Positions 1-9,265 of a stretch of 64,000 nt of DNA are shown piece after piece. The stretch spans positions 2,171 through 66,170 of the forward strand of contig JAAZNP010000004.1 in NCBI GenBank assembly GCA_012798235.1. The letters are read 5' to 3'. Position 1 is the first letter of the stretch. Each line of letters begins with the position of its first letter. Source of the DNA: Parcubacteria group bacterium. GTDB lineage: Bacteria > Patescibacteriota > Minisyncoccia > UBA6257. Under the pieces are notes generated by a model, which saw only the letters and a program-made list of their open reading frames with translations, was not told the DNA's origin and did not search any database. Both the position numbers and the translations under genes were made by a program.

Positions 1-470
1 AATTGGGTTTTGACACGCACGATTTGCTTGGCGGCAATTTCTATTTCTGTGGCTTGGCCTTCAGCCCCACCCATTACTTGGTGCAGCAAGATTTCTGAAT
101 TAGGCAAGGCAAATCTTTTGCCCTTTTTGCCAGCGGCTAAAAGCACTGCTGCTCCCGAGGCAGCCATGCCCATGCAAAAAGTAGCCACATCTGGTTTTAC
201 GTATTGCATGGTATCATAAATAGCTAACGTAGCAGTAACTGAGCCACCAGGTGAATTGATATACAAAAGTATGTCTTTTTTAGGATCCTCGTGTTCTAAA
301 AAGAGCAATTGGGCAATAATGGTATTGGCTAAGGCATCATCAATTGGTCCGCCTAAAAAGACGATCCTTTCCTTTAAAAGCCGGGAATAGATATCATAAA
401 CCCTTTCGCCAATATTGGATTTTTCAATAACTGTAGGCACTAAAACCATATTGTTATGTTCTGTATCCAT
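1..470 (-). CDS. clpP: ATP-dependent Clp protease proteolytic subunit ClpP. The C-terminal part is cut by the window edge; the start codon is at 470.
   Basis: Reverse-strand translation reads [45 protein letters not shown]...[10 protein letters not shown]...MGMAASGAA, matching the ClpP family including the catalytic Ser region. The listed + ORF 10..219 is its antisense. Confidence 0.85.
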   Translation of the reverse strand, partial: MDTEHNNMVLVPTVIEKSNIGERVYDIYSRLLKERIVFLGGPIDDALANTIIAQLLFLEHEDPKKDILLYINSPGGSVTATLAIYDTMQYVKPDVATFCMGMAASGAAVLLAAGKKGKRFALPNSEILLHQVMGGAEGQATEIEIAAKQIVRVKTQ

Positions 471-548
471 ATTGTAGCTGAAATTAAGTTTTAATTATTT
501 ATATAATAAATCTTATTTTTCAATAAGTCAATCTTTTATTTTCTGTTT

Positions 549-558
549 TTTTATTGGT
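549..558 (+). promoter_or_regulatory. TG-extended -10 element (tggtataat) upstream of the GT2 gene
   Basis: The sequence ttattggtataatatgaag lies ~20 nt upstream of the ATG at 578, in an AT-rich divergent intergenic region between clpP and the GT2 gene. Confidence 0.4.
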
Positions 559-577
559 ATAATATGAAGAATGTTTT

Positions 578-1264
578 ATGCCAAAGTTTTCTTTAATTAT
601 CCCTACCTATAATCGTCCCAAGATTCTAATAGATAATTTAAAAAAACTTCGTTTTGATTTTCCTGAAGCAGAAATTATTGTTGTTGATGACGGAAGTCAA
701 ACAGAAATTTTACCAGAGATAAAAAAAGAATTTGGTGGCGCAATTATTTATATTAAAAATGAAAAAAACTTAGGCAAGGGCGCGAGTTTAAGAAAGGGGT
801 TTTTAATGGCTCAAGGTGATTATTTAATTTTTACTGATGACGATTTGCCTTATGGTACCCCTATTATTAAATTAATTTTAGAGCAGTTAAATGAGGGGCA
901 CTCTATTGTTATTGGCCAACGTGATTTTTTTAGCGACTCTTTTTTTAAAAAATTAGGACGTTTAACTTTTAATGCGATATTCAAACCGCTTTTAGGCATC
1001 AAAATTAAAGACACGCAAGCAGGGATTAAAGGGTTTAAAGTCGATGTTGGTAAAAAGCTTTTTCAATTAAGTTTTACTAATCGTTTTGCCATTGATTTAG
1101 AAATTCTGTATTTAGCGCAGAAATTTAATATTCCTATTTCTACTATTTTTGTACAAACCCCTCAACAACAGTTGACTACTTTTTCCTGGTTAGACACTTT
1201 GAATATCGCCCTTGATGTTTTTAAAATAATATTTCACCATTATGAAAAAAACGCTTTTCATTGA
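578..1264 (+). CDS. Family 2 glycosyltransferase (polyprenol-phosphate sugar synthase-like)
   Basis: The N-terminus LIIPTYNRPKIL...EIIVVDDGS...FTDDDL carries the GT-A DxD motifs typical of GT2 (DPM1/GtrB-like). Confidence 0.8.
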   Translation: MPKFSLIIPTYNRPKILIDNLKKLRFDFPEAEIIVVDDGSQTEILPEIKKEFGGAIIYIKNEKNLGKGASLRKGFLMAQGDYLIFTDDDLPYGTPIIKLILEQLNEGHSIVIGQRDFFSDSFFKKLGRLTFNAIFKPLLGIKIKDTQAGIKGFKVDVGKKLFQLSFTNRFAIDLEILYLAQKFNIPISTIFVQTPQQQLTTFSWLDTLNIALDVFKIIFHHYEKNAFH

Positions 1265-3356
1265 GATTATTGTTACTTTAATTATTTTTGCCTTAATTTA
1301 TGGTTTTTTAGGTCAGCATATTCCTTGGCAATATGTTTTAAAAAATACTATTATTTCTGGTGGCGATACTGGTTCGCATAATTATGTTGCTTGGTATAGT
1401 CATGAAATTTTCCCAAAACTAAAATGGTGGTCACCCGATTGGTATGCTGGTTTCCCGTTTTTGTATTTTTATCCCCCTTTTCTTTATTATCTGACTGATA
1501 TTTTGAGCGCGCTTATTCCATTTAATATCGCTTTTAAATTAATTACTTTATTAGGCACTTTTTTGTTACCCTTGGCTATTTATTTATTTTTAAAATTATT
1601 AAAATTCGAGTTTCCTATTCCTGCAATTGGTTCTCTTTTTAGCCTTGGCTTGCTGTTTTTAGAAAAATTCTCTATCTACGGCGCTAATTTGCCTAGCACT
1701 TTAGCTGGCGAATTTTCTTATGCTTTTTGTTTTGCTTTATTTTTTATTTTTTTTGGTTTTCTGTATCGAGATTTAAAGAATAATAAAGTTTCAGGTATTC
1801 CTATTTTATTTTTAGCTTTAATGGCTATTAGCCATCCTTTTGCAGTTATTGTTAGTGTTTTAGTAGCCGTGCTTCTTTTAATTTCATCTCTAATAACACG
1901 AAAATTTAAAAGTATTTTCTCGAAAATACTCATTACTTATGGTTTGGGGTTTGGTTTAAGTGCTTTTTGGTCTTTGCCCTTTTTATTTCTTTTAGGTTAT
2001 ACCTCAAAAATGACCTGGACTAAAGTAATTAATTTTAAGGAGATGTTTCCTCCGACTTTATATCCCTTATTAATTATTGCAATTATTGGTTTAATCTATG
2101 GTTTTTGGAAAAGAAAAAAGGAAATCCTTTATGTGCTATTAATCATTATTGCCAGCACTATCCCTTATTTTCTACTTAATCATTCGAGTATTTGGAATAC
2201 TCGCTTTTTACCTTTTGTTATTATCGGCTATATTATTTTGGCTGCGATGGGATTAGGCTTTTTTATTAACGATTTTAGTAATCTTGTTTTTCGTTTCAAA
2301 AATTCAGAAAAAAAATTAATTTTTAATTATTTGTTAAGGTCATTAATCACGATTGCCTTTGCCAGTATTTTTATTTTTGTTTATTTACCAAAAACTATTA
2401 CCTACATTGATTTTTGGATGGAATGGAATTATAAAGGGTTTGAATCAAAAAATGAATGGTCAAAATTAGTGGCATTAAGCGATTATCTTAAAGCGCTGCC
2501 TTATGGACGCGTGATGTGGGAGTACCGTGGCGATTATGATAAATTTGGCACTCCCCGGGTGCTAGAAAATTTGCCTATTTGGACAGGAAAGCCAACTTTT
2601 GAAGGGTTATTAATTGAATCATCAATTTCTGGTTATTTTCATTTTATTAATCAAGCAGAAACCACTAAAACGCCAACAGCAGCAATTGCGGGGATGAAAT
2701 ATCCTTCTTTTAATTTTGAAAATGGCGTCAAACACATGCAATTATTCGGAGCTAATTATTTTGTTGCTTATACTCAAGATATTAAAAATTTAGCTGATAA
2801 ATATTTAATCCATCTTCGAGATGTAAATGATTTTTCTATTTATGAAGTTCCTCATTCGGAATTGGTGACTGTTGTTCCAGATATTAATTTAATAAAAAAA
2901 CAAAAAGGATGGCTGGATCAATCCATTGAGTGGTATAAGGCAATGGATTTTTCTAACTTTTTAGTTTTCTATCAAAATAATAAGGAGAAAAACGAAATTG
3001 ATAATACATTAAAACCCAGCTTATTAGTAAAGCAGCCAATTATGATAAAAGAAATAAAAAAAGATTCTCTAACATTTACTACCGAGAATCTTTATCAACC
3101 GCATTTGGTGAAAATAACTTATTTCCCTGGTTGGAAAGCTACGGGTGCTAAAGGGCCTTATTTGATCAGTCCTTCTTTTATGATGGTGATTCCAACGCAG
3201 CAAGAAGTTACTTTAAAATTTGGCTATAATTGCTGGGATAAAATAGGAATGGGATTATCAATTATTAGCGCGATTACTGTTGTTTTTCTAATAATTCGAA
3301 AACCTTCTCGTTTCTTATCAATCCCGAAGCGAAAATTTTTAACTCCTCAAGATTGA
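1242..3356 (+). CDS. Large polytopic membrane protein, putative GT-C type glycosyltransferase (mannosyl/oligosaccharyl-transferase-like)
   Basis: 704 aa. At least 12 predicted TM helices are followed by a ~300-aa soluble C-terminal domain. It overlaps the GT2 stop by 23 nt, consistent with translational coupling. A polyprenol-P-sugar synthase plus GT-C pairing is inferred. Confidence 0.5.
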   Translation: MKKTLFIEIIVTLIIFALIYGFLGQHIPWQYVLKNTIISGGDTGSHNYVAWYSHEIFPKLKWWSPDWYAGFPFLYFYPPFLYYLTDILSALIPFNIAFKLITLLGTFLLPLAIYLFLKLLKFEFPIPAIGSLFSLGLLFLEKFSIYGANLPSTLAGEFSYAFCFALFFIFFGFLYRDLKNNKVSGIPILFLALMAISHPFAVIVSVLVAVLLLISSLITRKFKSIFSKILITYGLGFGLSAFWSLPFLFLLGYTSKMTWTKVINFKEMFPPTLYPLLIIAIIGLIYGFWKRKKEILYVLLIIIASTIPYFLLNHSSIWNTRFLPFVIIGYIILAAMGLGFFINDFSNLVFRFKNSEKKLIFNYLLRSLITIAFASIFIFVYLPKTITYIDFWMEWNYKGFESKNEWSKLVALSDYLKALPYGRVMWEYRGDYDKFGTPRVLENLPIWTGKPTFEGLLIESSISGYFHFINQAETTKTPTAAIAGMKYPSFNFENGVKHMQLFGANYFVAYTQDIKNLADKYLIHLRDVNDFSIYEVPHSELVTVVPDINLIKKQKGWLDQSIEWYKAMDFSNFLVFYQNNKEKNEIDNTLKPSLLVKQPIMIKEIKKDSLTFTTENLYQPHLVKITYFPGWKATGAKGPYLISPSFMMVIPTQQEVTLKFGYNCWDKIGMGLSIISAITVVFLIIRKPSRFLSIPKRKFLTPQD

Positions 3357-4302
3357 TTTTATTTTTGAGCTCAGGGTCAGGTAATTGATTTAAAATTTCG
3401 TTGATTTTTTTCTCGATTTCTTCTTCGGTAATTTCTATTTTTTCTTGTTCGGCAATTTCTTTTAAAACAAGAGCCATTTTAACTCTTTTTTCAGCCAGAG
3501 GGAGAAAATCTTTTAATAGCTCCTCTTCTGTTTTTTTAATTTGCTTTAAATATTCTTCAAAAGGAAGCTGCATTTCAGCCAAGCGAATTTTAAGTTCCTC
3601 CATCATTTTTGATTTTTCAGCCTCAATTAAAATATCCGGTATTTCTTCTTTGATTTGTTTTATGATTTCTTCCATAACCTCGAGGCGCCAGCGTTCTTTT
3701 TCTTTTTCTTGTTTTTCGATGGTTAATCCTTCTTTAATATTTTTCTTTAATTCTTCAAGCGTTTGGAAATTACCTAAAGATTGAGCAAAAACATCGTCTA
3801 AGGGAGGAACTATTTTAGTATTAGTTTTAGGGTCAGTAGAAGCGCGAGTTTTTTGAAGCCAAGTTAAAGCCTCAGTTACTTCTTCATCAGTTACCGTTAT
3901 AGGTTGGCGGCTCGTTTGTTTTCCTTGAGCAACTTGGCGATAATCGGTTAAGGTCAAATGGGGCATCACGGAAATTTCTAGTTTTAATTCCACTAAAGAA
4001 TTAGGTATTAATTTAGTAATCGAGATTAAGGGTTGACCCAAAGGTTCAATGTTATTATCGCTAATAATTTGGGAATAAAATTTTTCTAAAGCAAAGAGGG
4101 ACAGCTTTTCATAAAGTTCTATTGGCGAAACATTGCTTTCAACTAAATCTAAAGGAGCCTTGCCCTGACGAAATCCTTTTAAAGTTAAATTTTGACCCAG
4201 TTCTTCAAGGGCTTTATTTTTAAAAGGCAAAAGCTCATTGTTATCAAATGTAACAATAATTTCTACCTTAGATTTTGCTAAAGATTTAATCTTGCTCTTC
4301 AT
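3274..4302 (-). CDS. tig: Trigger factor (short form)
   Basis: The N-terminal ribosome-binding domain with the FRQGKAP motif is present, and it sits upstream of nusA. Its 3' end overlaps the convergent GT-C gene by ~83 nt. Confidence 0.75.
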   Translation of the reverse strand: MKSKIKSLAKSKVEIIVTFDNNELLPFKNKALEELGQNLTLKGFRQGKAPLDLVESNVSPIELYEKLSLFALEKFYSQIISDNNIEPLGQPLISITKLIPNSLVELKLEISVMPHLTLTDYRQVAQGKQTSRQPITVTDEEVTEALTWLQKTRASTDPKTNTKIVPPLDDVFAQSLGNFQTLEELKKNIKEGLTIEKQEKEKERWRLEVMEEIIKQIKEEIPDILIEAEKSKMMEELKIRLAEMQLPFEEYLKQIKKTEEELLKDFLPLAEKRVKMALVLKEIAEQEKIEITEEEIEKKINEILNQLPDPELKNKINLEELKIFASGLIRNEKVFELLEKQQ

Positions 4303-5488
4303 TAATATTATCTAAATTGTTTGAACCTTCTTGCTTTTCATTAGCTTCGGCTTCAGCGGTGCCACCTTCAATTATTTCTTCAGGGGCAATAGCAGAACGG
4401 ACATCAATTTTCCAACCAGTTAATTTAGCAGCCAAGCGAACATTCTGACCATTTTTGCCAATAGCTAAAGAAATTTGTTCTGGAGGTACGAAGACTCTTA
4501 CTTCTCTTCTTTCGGGAATGACCTCAGTTTCTTTTACTTGTGCCGGACCAAGAGCGTCAGCGACATATTTGGCTGGTTCTTCAGAAAAAGGAATAATATC
4601 AATACGTTCGCCATTTAATTCATCAATAATAGTGGCTACACGAGTTCCTTTTTGCCCCACACAAGAACCAACAGGATCAATATTTTCTTCATTAGAACTT
4701 ACAGCAATTTTTGTGCGATTACCTGGTTCCCGGCTAATAGATTTTATTTCTACAACACCTTCAGCGATTTCTGGGACTTCGGTTTCAAAAAGTTTGGAAA
4801 CAAATTTTGGATGAGCTCGGGATAAAATAATTACTGGGCCGTGCCCTTTATCTTCTAAGCGCAAAACATAAAACTTTTTTCTTTCCCCAATTTTATAATG
4901 TTCTCCAGGAATGCCTTCATTAGGAAACAAAACACCAAAAGTTTTTCCCAAATCAACATAGATTACTTTTTTCTCAATTCTTTGAATCGTACCACTAACC
5001 ACTTTTTCTTCTTTATCTTTAAATTCTGAAATGATGGTTTCTTTTTCTAATTCGTGTAATTTTTGCAAAATTACTTGTTTGGCTGTTTGAGCGGCAATAC
5101 GGCTAAAATCCTCCTTTACTTCTAAGGGATAAATTATTTCTTCACCGGGTTTAATTTTGGAATTGATCTTGAGAGCTTCTTCTAATAAAATATGTTTTTC
5201 CGGATTGAATTTTATTTTTTTGTTTTCGTTATTTTCAGCAATCTCTTCTGCCTCTTCCTCGGGATTTAAAATTTCTGATGGGTCAACTACAATTTTAACT
5301 TGCCAGAATTTTGTTTCTCCGGTTTCGGGATTAATTTTTGCTTTAACAATTTGCGCCTTTTTACCGTATTCTTTTTTATAAGCAGCAGCTAAAGCAGCTT
5401 CTACTGCTTCTAAAATTTTTTCTTCTGGTAATCCTCGGTCTTCAGATATCTGACGGATTAAAGGATTTAATAATTTTAAATCAATCAT
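4286..5488 (-). CDS. nusA: Transcription termination/antitermination factor NusA
   Basis: The N-terminal domain is followed by S1 and KH-like regions. Motifs include MIDLKLLNPLIRQISEDRGLPEE and LIIGKNGQN-like KH (LAIGKNGQNVRLAAKLTGWKIDV). Confidence 0.9.
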   Translation of the reverse strand: MIDLKLLNPLIRQISEDRGLPEEKILEAVEAALAAAYKKEYGKKAQIVKAKINPETGETKFWQVKIVVDPSEILNPEEEAEEIAENNENKKIKFNPEKHILLEEALKINSKIKPGEEIIYPLEVKEDFSRIAAQTAKQVILQKLHELEKETIISEFKDKEEKVVSGTIQRIEKKVIYVDLGKTFGVLFPNEGIPGEHYKIGERKKFYVLRLEDKGHGPVIILSRAHPKFVSKLFETEVPEIAEGVVEIKSISREPGNRTKIAVSSNEENIDPVGSCVGQKGTRVATIIDELNGERIDIIPFSEEPAKYVADALGPAQVKETEVIPERREVRVFVPPEQISLAIGKNGQNVRLAAKLTGWKIDVRSAIAPEEIIEGGTAEAEANEKQEGSNNLDNINEEQD

Positions 5489-5559
5489 ATTTTTTAAATA
5501 AAGATCGCGGACGCGATCTTTCTAATTGTTTATTATAGCAAATGTGCTTTAAAAGTCAA

Positions 5560-5688
5560 CCCCCTCACTTGGAAAAGATTTGCTATCGCAAAATTAGCTA
5601 TAGAGAAACCATTATATTAGAAGATAAAATTTTCTTTTAAAACTCATTTGATTTTATGAAATAAAATTTATCTTTTCCAAGTGAGGGG
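5560..5688. repeat. TIR-repeat element copy A (~129 bp; perfect 19-bp terminal inverted repeats CCCCTCACTTGGAAAAGAT / ATCTTTTCCAAGTGAGGGG). It is inverted relative to copies B and C.
   Basis: The arms at 5561-5579 and 5670-5688 are exact reverse complements. The internal AT-rich ~90 nt is homologous (as its reverse complement) to copies at 14116-14250 and 38603-38738, including the GCGATAGC/GCTATCGC mini-hairpin motif. Confidence 0.8.
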
Positions 5689-5768
5689 TCAAATTGTGGT
5701 ATTATTTATAGAGAAGATTCGAATATGATAATTATATCATAATAACATTATTTTGTCAATGAAGGATA

Positions 5769-6146
5769 ATGAATCATTTAAGATTAGGTAGTTGGGGAGA
5801 AGAAATCGGCATTAAGTATCTTCAAGCTCATAACTACCAAATTATTTCTCGAAATTATCGAAAAAAGTGGGGCGAAATTGATATTGTTGCCTTTGATGGA
5901 CAAAGTAAAGAAACAGTTTTCTTAGAAGTAAAAACAATAAATAGATTAAACACAGCAAGTTTATTACCAGAAGAAGAATTAACACCAGAAAAGATGCTAA
6001 AACTCAAAAGAGTAATCTTAAGTTTTTTAAGCCAGTATCATTTGGAAGATAAACCGTGGCGTTTTGATTTTCTAGCCATAGAAATACAAAATAATGCTTT
6101 AGAACCAGATCTCCGCCATTATAAGGATGTTTATTTAGAATTTTAA
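5769..6146 (+). CDS. yraN: UPF0102/YraN family endonuclease-like protein
   Basis: 125 aa. The sequence GEEIGIKYLQAHNYQIISRNYRKKWGEIDIVAFDG...FLEVKT is typical of the YraN family. Confidence 0.8.
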   Translation: MNHLRLGSWGEEIGIKYLQAHNYQIISRNYRKKWGEIDIVAFDGQSKETVFLEVKTINRLNTASLLPEEELTPEKMLKLKRVILSFLSQYHLEDKPWRFDFLAIEIQNNALEPDLRHYKDVYLEF

Positions 6147-6154
6147 GTGATTTG

Positions 6155-6320
6155 TTTCACACCAAACATTGTGTGAAACAAAGTGTGAAACATTTTTATA
6201 GAATTGCACTAAAAAATCGCTTAACCATGCGAAAACCAGGCTTTCAAAGCTTAGTTTGCTCATGGTTAAGCGAAAAAATGACTTTTTTCTCTTGTAAAAT
6301 GTTTCACGTGAAACATTTTA
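6155..6320. promoter_or_regulatory. Convergent-gene intergenic region with three hairpins. Two of them share a TGTTTCAC/GTGAAACA core, one being the perfect 24-bp palindrome aaaatgtttcacGTGAAACATTTT. They probably act as bidirectional terminators, possibly with an added protein-binding site.
   Basis: The first hairpin is tttgtttcacac..gtgtgaaacaaa. The second is a 12-bp stem, cgcttaaccatg...catggttaagcg. The third is aaaatgtttcacgtgaaacatttt. The listed ORF 6152..6334 is rejected as coding. Confidence 0.5.
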
Positions 6321-7439
6321 AGTTAAAATTCTAGGAAGCCAAGGGTTAATTCGAGTGACGATTTCGTAATTTATAGTGTTAGCCCAAGAAGCTAAATCAT
6401 TAGCACTGATTATTTGATTTTTGCTTTTACCGATTAAAATTACTTTATCACCAACTTTAGCATTAGGTACTTTAGTAATATCCACCATTGATAAATTCAT
6501 ACAGATTCTACCTCGAATCGGGCATTTTTTGCCCTTGATAATTACCTGAGCTCGATTAGAAAAGAGTCGATCATAACCATCCCAATAACCAACCGGAATA
6601 ATTGCTAAATTAGTTTTCTTTTTAGTAGTATATGTACCGCCATAACCAATTTTTGTTTTTGGCGGCAAATCTTTTATTTGAAGAATTGTCGTATACCAAA
6701 ATAGAGCTGGTTTTAAATTAATTCTTTGGGCAATTTTTTCATTATCATATAAACCATACAGACCAATTCCTAATCTGATGCCATTTAGAAGGGACTCTTT
6801 ATAAAGAACACTGCTAGCAGTGCAAGCAAAATGCTTTAAGGGGATATGAATTTTCTGACTTTCAAGTTGTTTTATCAGGTTTTTAAATTTTTTTAATTGA
6901 TAATAGGTATATTGGGGATTATCCTCACTAGAAGCAAAATGGCTCCAAATACCTTCTAAAATAAGATTTTGATAAGGTTTTAATTTTTCAATAAACGATA
7001 GGGTATCTTGGGGCATAATTCCGGTTCGAGAAGCGCCAGTGTCAATTTCTAAATGTATCTTGACAGTTTTATTTAAATGTTTCGCAATATCATTAAGAAT
7101 TTGTGCTTGTTGAAGATCGTAAAGAGCAAAAATAACTTTATTTTTGATAGCTTTTTTTAATAAGTTCCTATCTAATTCGTAAAAACTTAAGACAAAAATT
7201 GGTTTTTTAATTTTAAAATCAATAAGTTTTAAAGCTTCTTCTAAGCTCACGACGCAAATACGATCAACGTCCTTGTTTTTGTCACAAATTTGAGCCACTT
7301 CGAAAAAACCATGGCCATAGGCATTAGATTTAATTACCGACATAAGCAATTTATCAGGACCAATTAATTTCCGAAATTGGCTGATATTGTAATTAATGGC
7401 TGACTTATTAATTTCTAACCAAGTTAATGGTTTGTTCAT
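6318..7439 (-). CDS. alr: Alanine racemase
   Basis: The PLP-binding motif VIKSNAYGHG is present near the N-terminus. 373 aa, with the typical two-domain length. Confidence 0.9.
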   Translation of the reverse strand: MNKPLTWLEINKSAINYNISQFRKLIGPDKLLMSVIKSNAYGHGFFEVAQICDKNKDVDRICVVSLEEALKLIDFKIKKPIFVLSFYELDRNLLKKAIKNKVIFALYDLQQAQILNDIAKHLNKTVKIHLEIDTGASRTGIMPQDTLSFIEKLKPYQNLILEGIWSHFASSEDNPQYTYYQLKKFKNLIKQLESQKIHIPLKHFACTASSVLYKESLLNGIRLGIGLYGLYDNEKIAQRINLKPALFWYTTILQIKDLPPKTKIGYGGTYTTKKKTNLAIIPVGYWDGYDRLFSNRAQVIIKGKKCPIRGRICMNLSMVDITKVPNAKVGDKVILIGKSKNQIISANDLASWANTINYEIVTRINPWLPRILT

Positions 7440-7466
7440 AGATTAAATTTATAAATATAAAGGGAG

Positions 7467-7537
7467 TGGACTCAGCGAGAATCGAACTCGCATCTCCGCA
7501 ATGCGAATGCGGTGTATTACCATTATACTATGAGCCC
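7467..7537 (-). tRNA. tRNA-Ala (anticodon CGC), no encoded CCA
   Basis: Hand-folded cloverleaf. The acceptor is GGGCTCA/TGAGTCC with G3:U70. The anticodon loop is TTCGCAT and the T-loop is TTCGATT. Confidence 0.7.
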
Positions 7538-7583
7538 ATGTTTTATAAGAAGTATAATTGATTTTATTCTTTTCTTCAATCTC

Positions 7584-7611
7584 TTGACTTTTATTTTTAT
7601 AAGAGTATAAT
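7584..7611 (+). promoter_or_regulatory. Sigma70-like promoter for the arsR redox operon (TTGACT -35 at 7584-7589; TATAAT -10 at 7606-7611)
   Basis: ttgact-N16-tataat. It lies ~35 nt upstream of the arsR start at 7646. Confidence 0.65.
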
Positions 7612-7614
7612 CTA

Positions 7615-7638
7615 ATATATCAATGTAAATTGATATAT
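7615..7638. promoter_or_regulatory. Perfect 24-bp palindrome ATATATCAATgtaaATTGATATAT, candidate ArsR/SmtB operator
   Basis: 10-4-10 inverted repeat immediately downstream of the -10 and 8 nt before the arsR ATG. ArsR-family repressors classically bind 12-2-12-type imperfect inverted repeats overlapping their own promoters. Confidence 0.6.
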
Positions 7639-7645
7639 TATTTCA

Positions 7646-7942
7646 ATGAAAAAACACAAAAACTTACTATCTTTAAATGAACATCAACTTTTAGATTTTT
7701 TGAAAATCATTAGCGATGAGGAGCGTTTTAAAATTATTCATTTGCTTCGTCAAAAATCTTATTGCGTTTGCGAACTAAGCCAGTTATTAGATTTACCTCA
7801 GAATTTAATTTCTTATCATTTAAAAGTTTTAAAAGATTTTGGAATAATAAATTTAAAGAAAAATGGTCGCAAGAATTTCTATTCCATAAATATTAAAATT
7901 CTTTCTTCTCTTTGCCACATTTTAAACAAAAATTTAACCTAA
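7646..7942 (+). CDS. ArsR/SmtB family metalloregulatory transcriptional repressor
   Basis: Winged HTH, LRQKSYCVCELSQLLDLPQNLISYHLKVLKDFGII, with the CVC metal/redox-sensing motif in helix 3. Confidence 0.85.
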   Translation: MKKHKNLLSLNEHQLLDFLKIISDEERFKIIHLLRQKSYCVCELSQLLDLPQNLISYHLKVLKDFGIINLKKNGRKNFYSINIKILSSLCHILNKNLT

Positions 7943-7950
7943 TTAAAACT

Positions 7951-8205
7951 ATGACGATCAAAATTTTGGGTTCTGGTTGCCCTAACTGCCAGTTATTAGA
8001 GGCACAAACTAAAAAAGCCGTGGAGGAATTAGGATTAAAAGATATTCCAATCGAGCATGTTTATGATATTGATAAAATCATTGAAATGGGTATTGCTTTT
8101 ACTCCAGCTTTAGTAATTAATGATGAAATAAAACTCATGGGTAAGATTCCTTCCGTAGAAGAGTTAAAAGCATTAATTCAAGAATCATTAAAAAATAACA
8201 AATAA
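7951..8205 (+). CDS. Thioredoxin-fold redox-active disulfide protein (small Trx-like, CPNC)
   Basis: MTIKILGSGCPNCQ... ~85 aa. The family is commonly found next to ArsR and COG0701 permeases. The start is assigned to the internal ATG at 7951 rather than the listed 7912. Confidence 0.75.
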   Translation: MTIKILGSGCPNCQLLEAQTKKAVEELGLKDIPIEHVYDIDKIIEMGIAFTPALVINDEIKLMGKIPSVEELKALIQESLKNNK

Positions 8206-8217
8206 AAACTGAAAAAT

Positions 8218-9261
8218 ATGAGAAGATTAACCTTCGGTATTATTTTAATTGTATTAATTTTAGGAATTTTAGTGAGTTATGAGTGGTATGGCGCTTTTAA
8301 AAAATCCCATTTAATTGAGATGGGCATTTATTCTAAAGAACCGTTTCCTATCACCTCAGGCACTCCTTGGTATTTAATTCCCTTTTATACTTTATTATCT
8401 TATTTACAAAAAGCCTGGTTTTGTTTAGGTATGGCTTTTTTAATTGCTGGCGCCGTACAAACTTTTATTCCCAAAGAATTAATCATTAAACATTTAGGCA
8501 AAAGAAGCGCTAAAGCTTATTTAATGGCTGCTTTCGGCGGACCCTTACTTTCAGTTTGCTCTTGCTCGATTATTCCTTTATTTGCTGCCATTAAAAAAAG
8601 AGGCGCTGGTTTAGGACCAGCTATTACTTTTCTTTTAGCCACCCCAGCGATTAATCCAGCAGCGATTATTTTAACTTTTAGTCTATTAAACTGGAAATTT
8701 GTGGCAGGAAGAATTATTCTAGCTTTATCAGCTGCAATTATTACTGGTTTAATTTTAGAAAAAATTTGGGGCCAAGAAGACAATGCCCAATTATCTTCTT
8801 TGAATGTTGAATACCAACATATTCCTTTGAATTTAAAGAAAGATCTAATAGATTGGCTTAAAAATGTTTGGGATTTTATTAAAAAAATTCTTCCTTTAGT
8901 TCTTTTGGGTATTTTTATTATTGGAATAATAAAGATCTTTTTGACCACTGAAGTTATTGGCAAATATTTAGGACCAGGATTATGGCAAACTGCTTTAGCT
9001 TCTATTTTAGGGGTAGTGATGTATACCCCAACCTTAGTAGAGATTCCTTTTATTAGAGAACTATTAGGTTTAGGCATGGGCACTGGTCCAGCTTTAGCCT
9101 TTCTTCTAACTGGTCCAGCTTTAAGCTTGCCTTCCATGCTTGGCATTTCTAAAGTTATTGGCTGGAAAAAGGTTTTAAATTATGCTTTGATGATGTGGAT
9201 TTTAGGTATTATTGGTGGTTTGATTTTTAATTATTTTGTTCCTGTGATACACTTATTATAA
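8218..9261 (+). CDS. COG0701/ArsP-like permease (two-Cys CSCS motif)
   Basis: 347 aa polytopic membrane protein carrying the SVCSCSIIPL motif characteristic of the YraQ/ArsP permease family. Confidence 0.75.
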   Translation: MRRLTFGIILIVLILGILVSYEWYGAFKKSHLIEMGIYSKEPFPITSGTPWYLIPFYTLLSYLQKAWFCLGMAFLIAGAVQTFIPKELIIKHLGKRSAKAYLMAAFGGPLLSVCSCSIIPLFAAIKKRGAGLGPAITFLLATPAINPAAIILTFSLLNWKFVAGRIILALSAAIITGLILEKIWGQEDNAQLSSLNVEYQHIPLNLKKDLIDWLKNVWDFIKKILPLVLLGIFIIGIIKIFLTTEVIGKYLGPGLWQTALASILGVVMYTPTLVEIPFIRELLGLGMGTGPALAFLLTGPALSLPSMLGISKVIGWKKVLNYALMMWILGIIGGLIFNYFVPVIHLL

Positions 9262-9265
9262 ATAC

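Noticed and set aside
10-219. Listed + strand ORF (69 aa) at the window start
   Set aside because: The opposite strand encodes a clear ClpP sequence across 1-470, so this ORF is antisense noise.
3401-3784. Multiple antisense or embedded ORFs inside tig, nusA, the permease, gdh, murA, gyrA, tsaD, valS, cca and the Cys-rich gene
   Set aside because: All lie opposite to, or out of frame within, strongly supported genes and show low-complexity composition. Examples are 4455..4814, 5157..5381, 8517..9146, 13137..13349, 15075..15257, 17744..17977, 18932..19156, 20790..21047, 22001..22210, 39495..39866, 39757..40104 and 50697..51110.
6152-6334. Listed 60-aa ORF rich in His, Lys and Cys
   Set aside because: It is made of overlapping palindromes and hairpins between convergent genes. 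It has no RBS and its composition is driven by the repeats.
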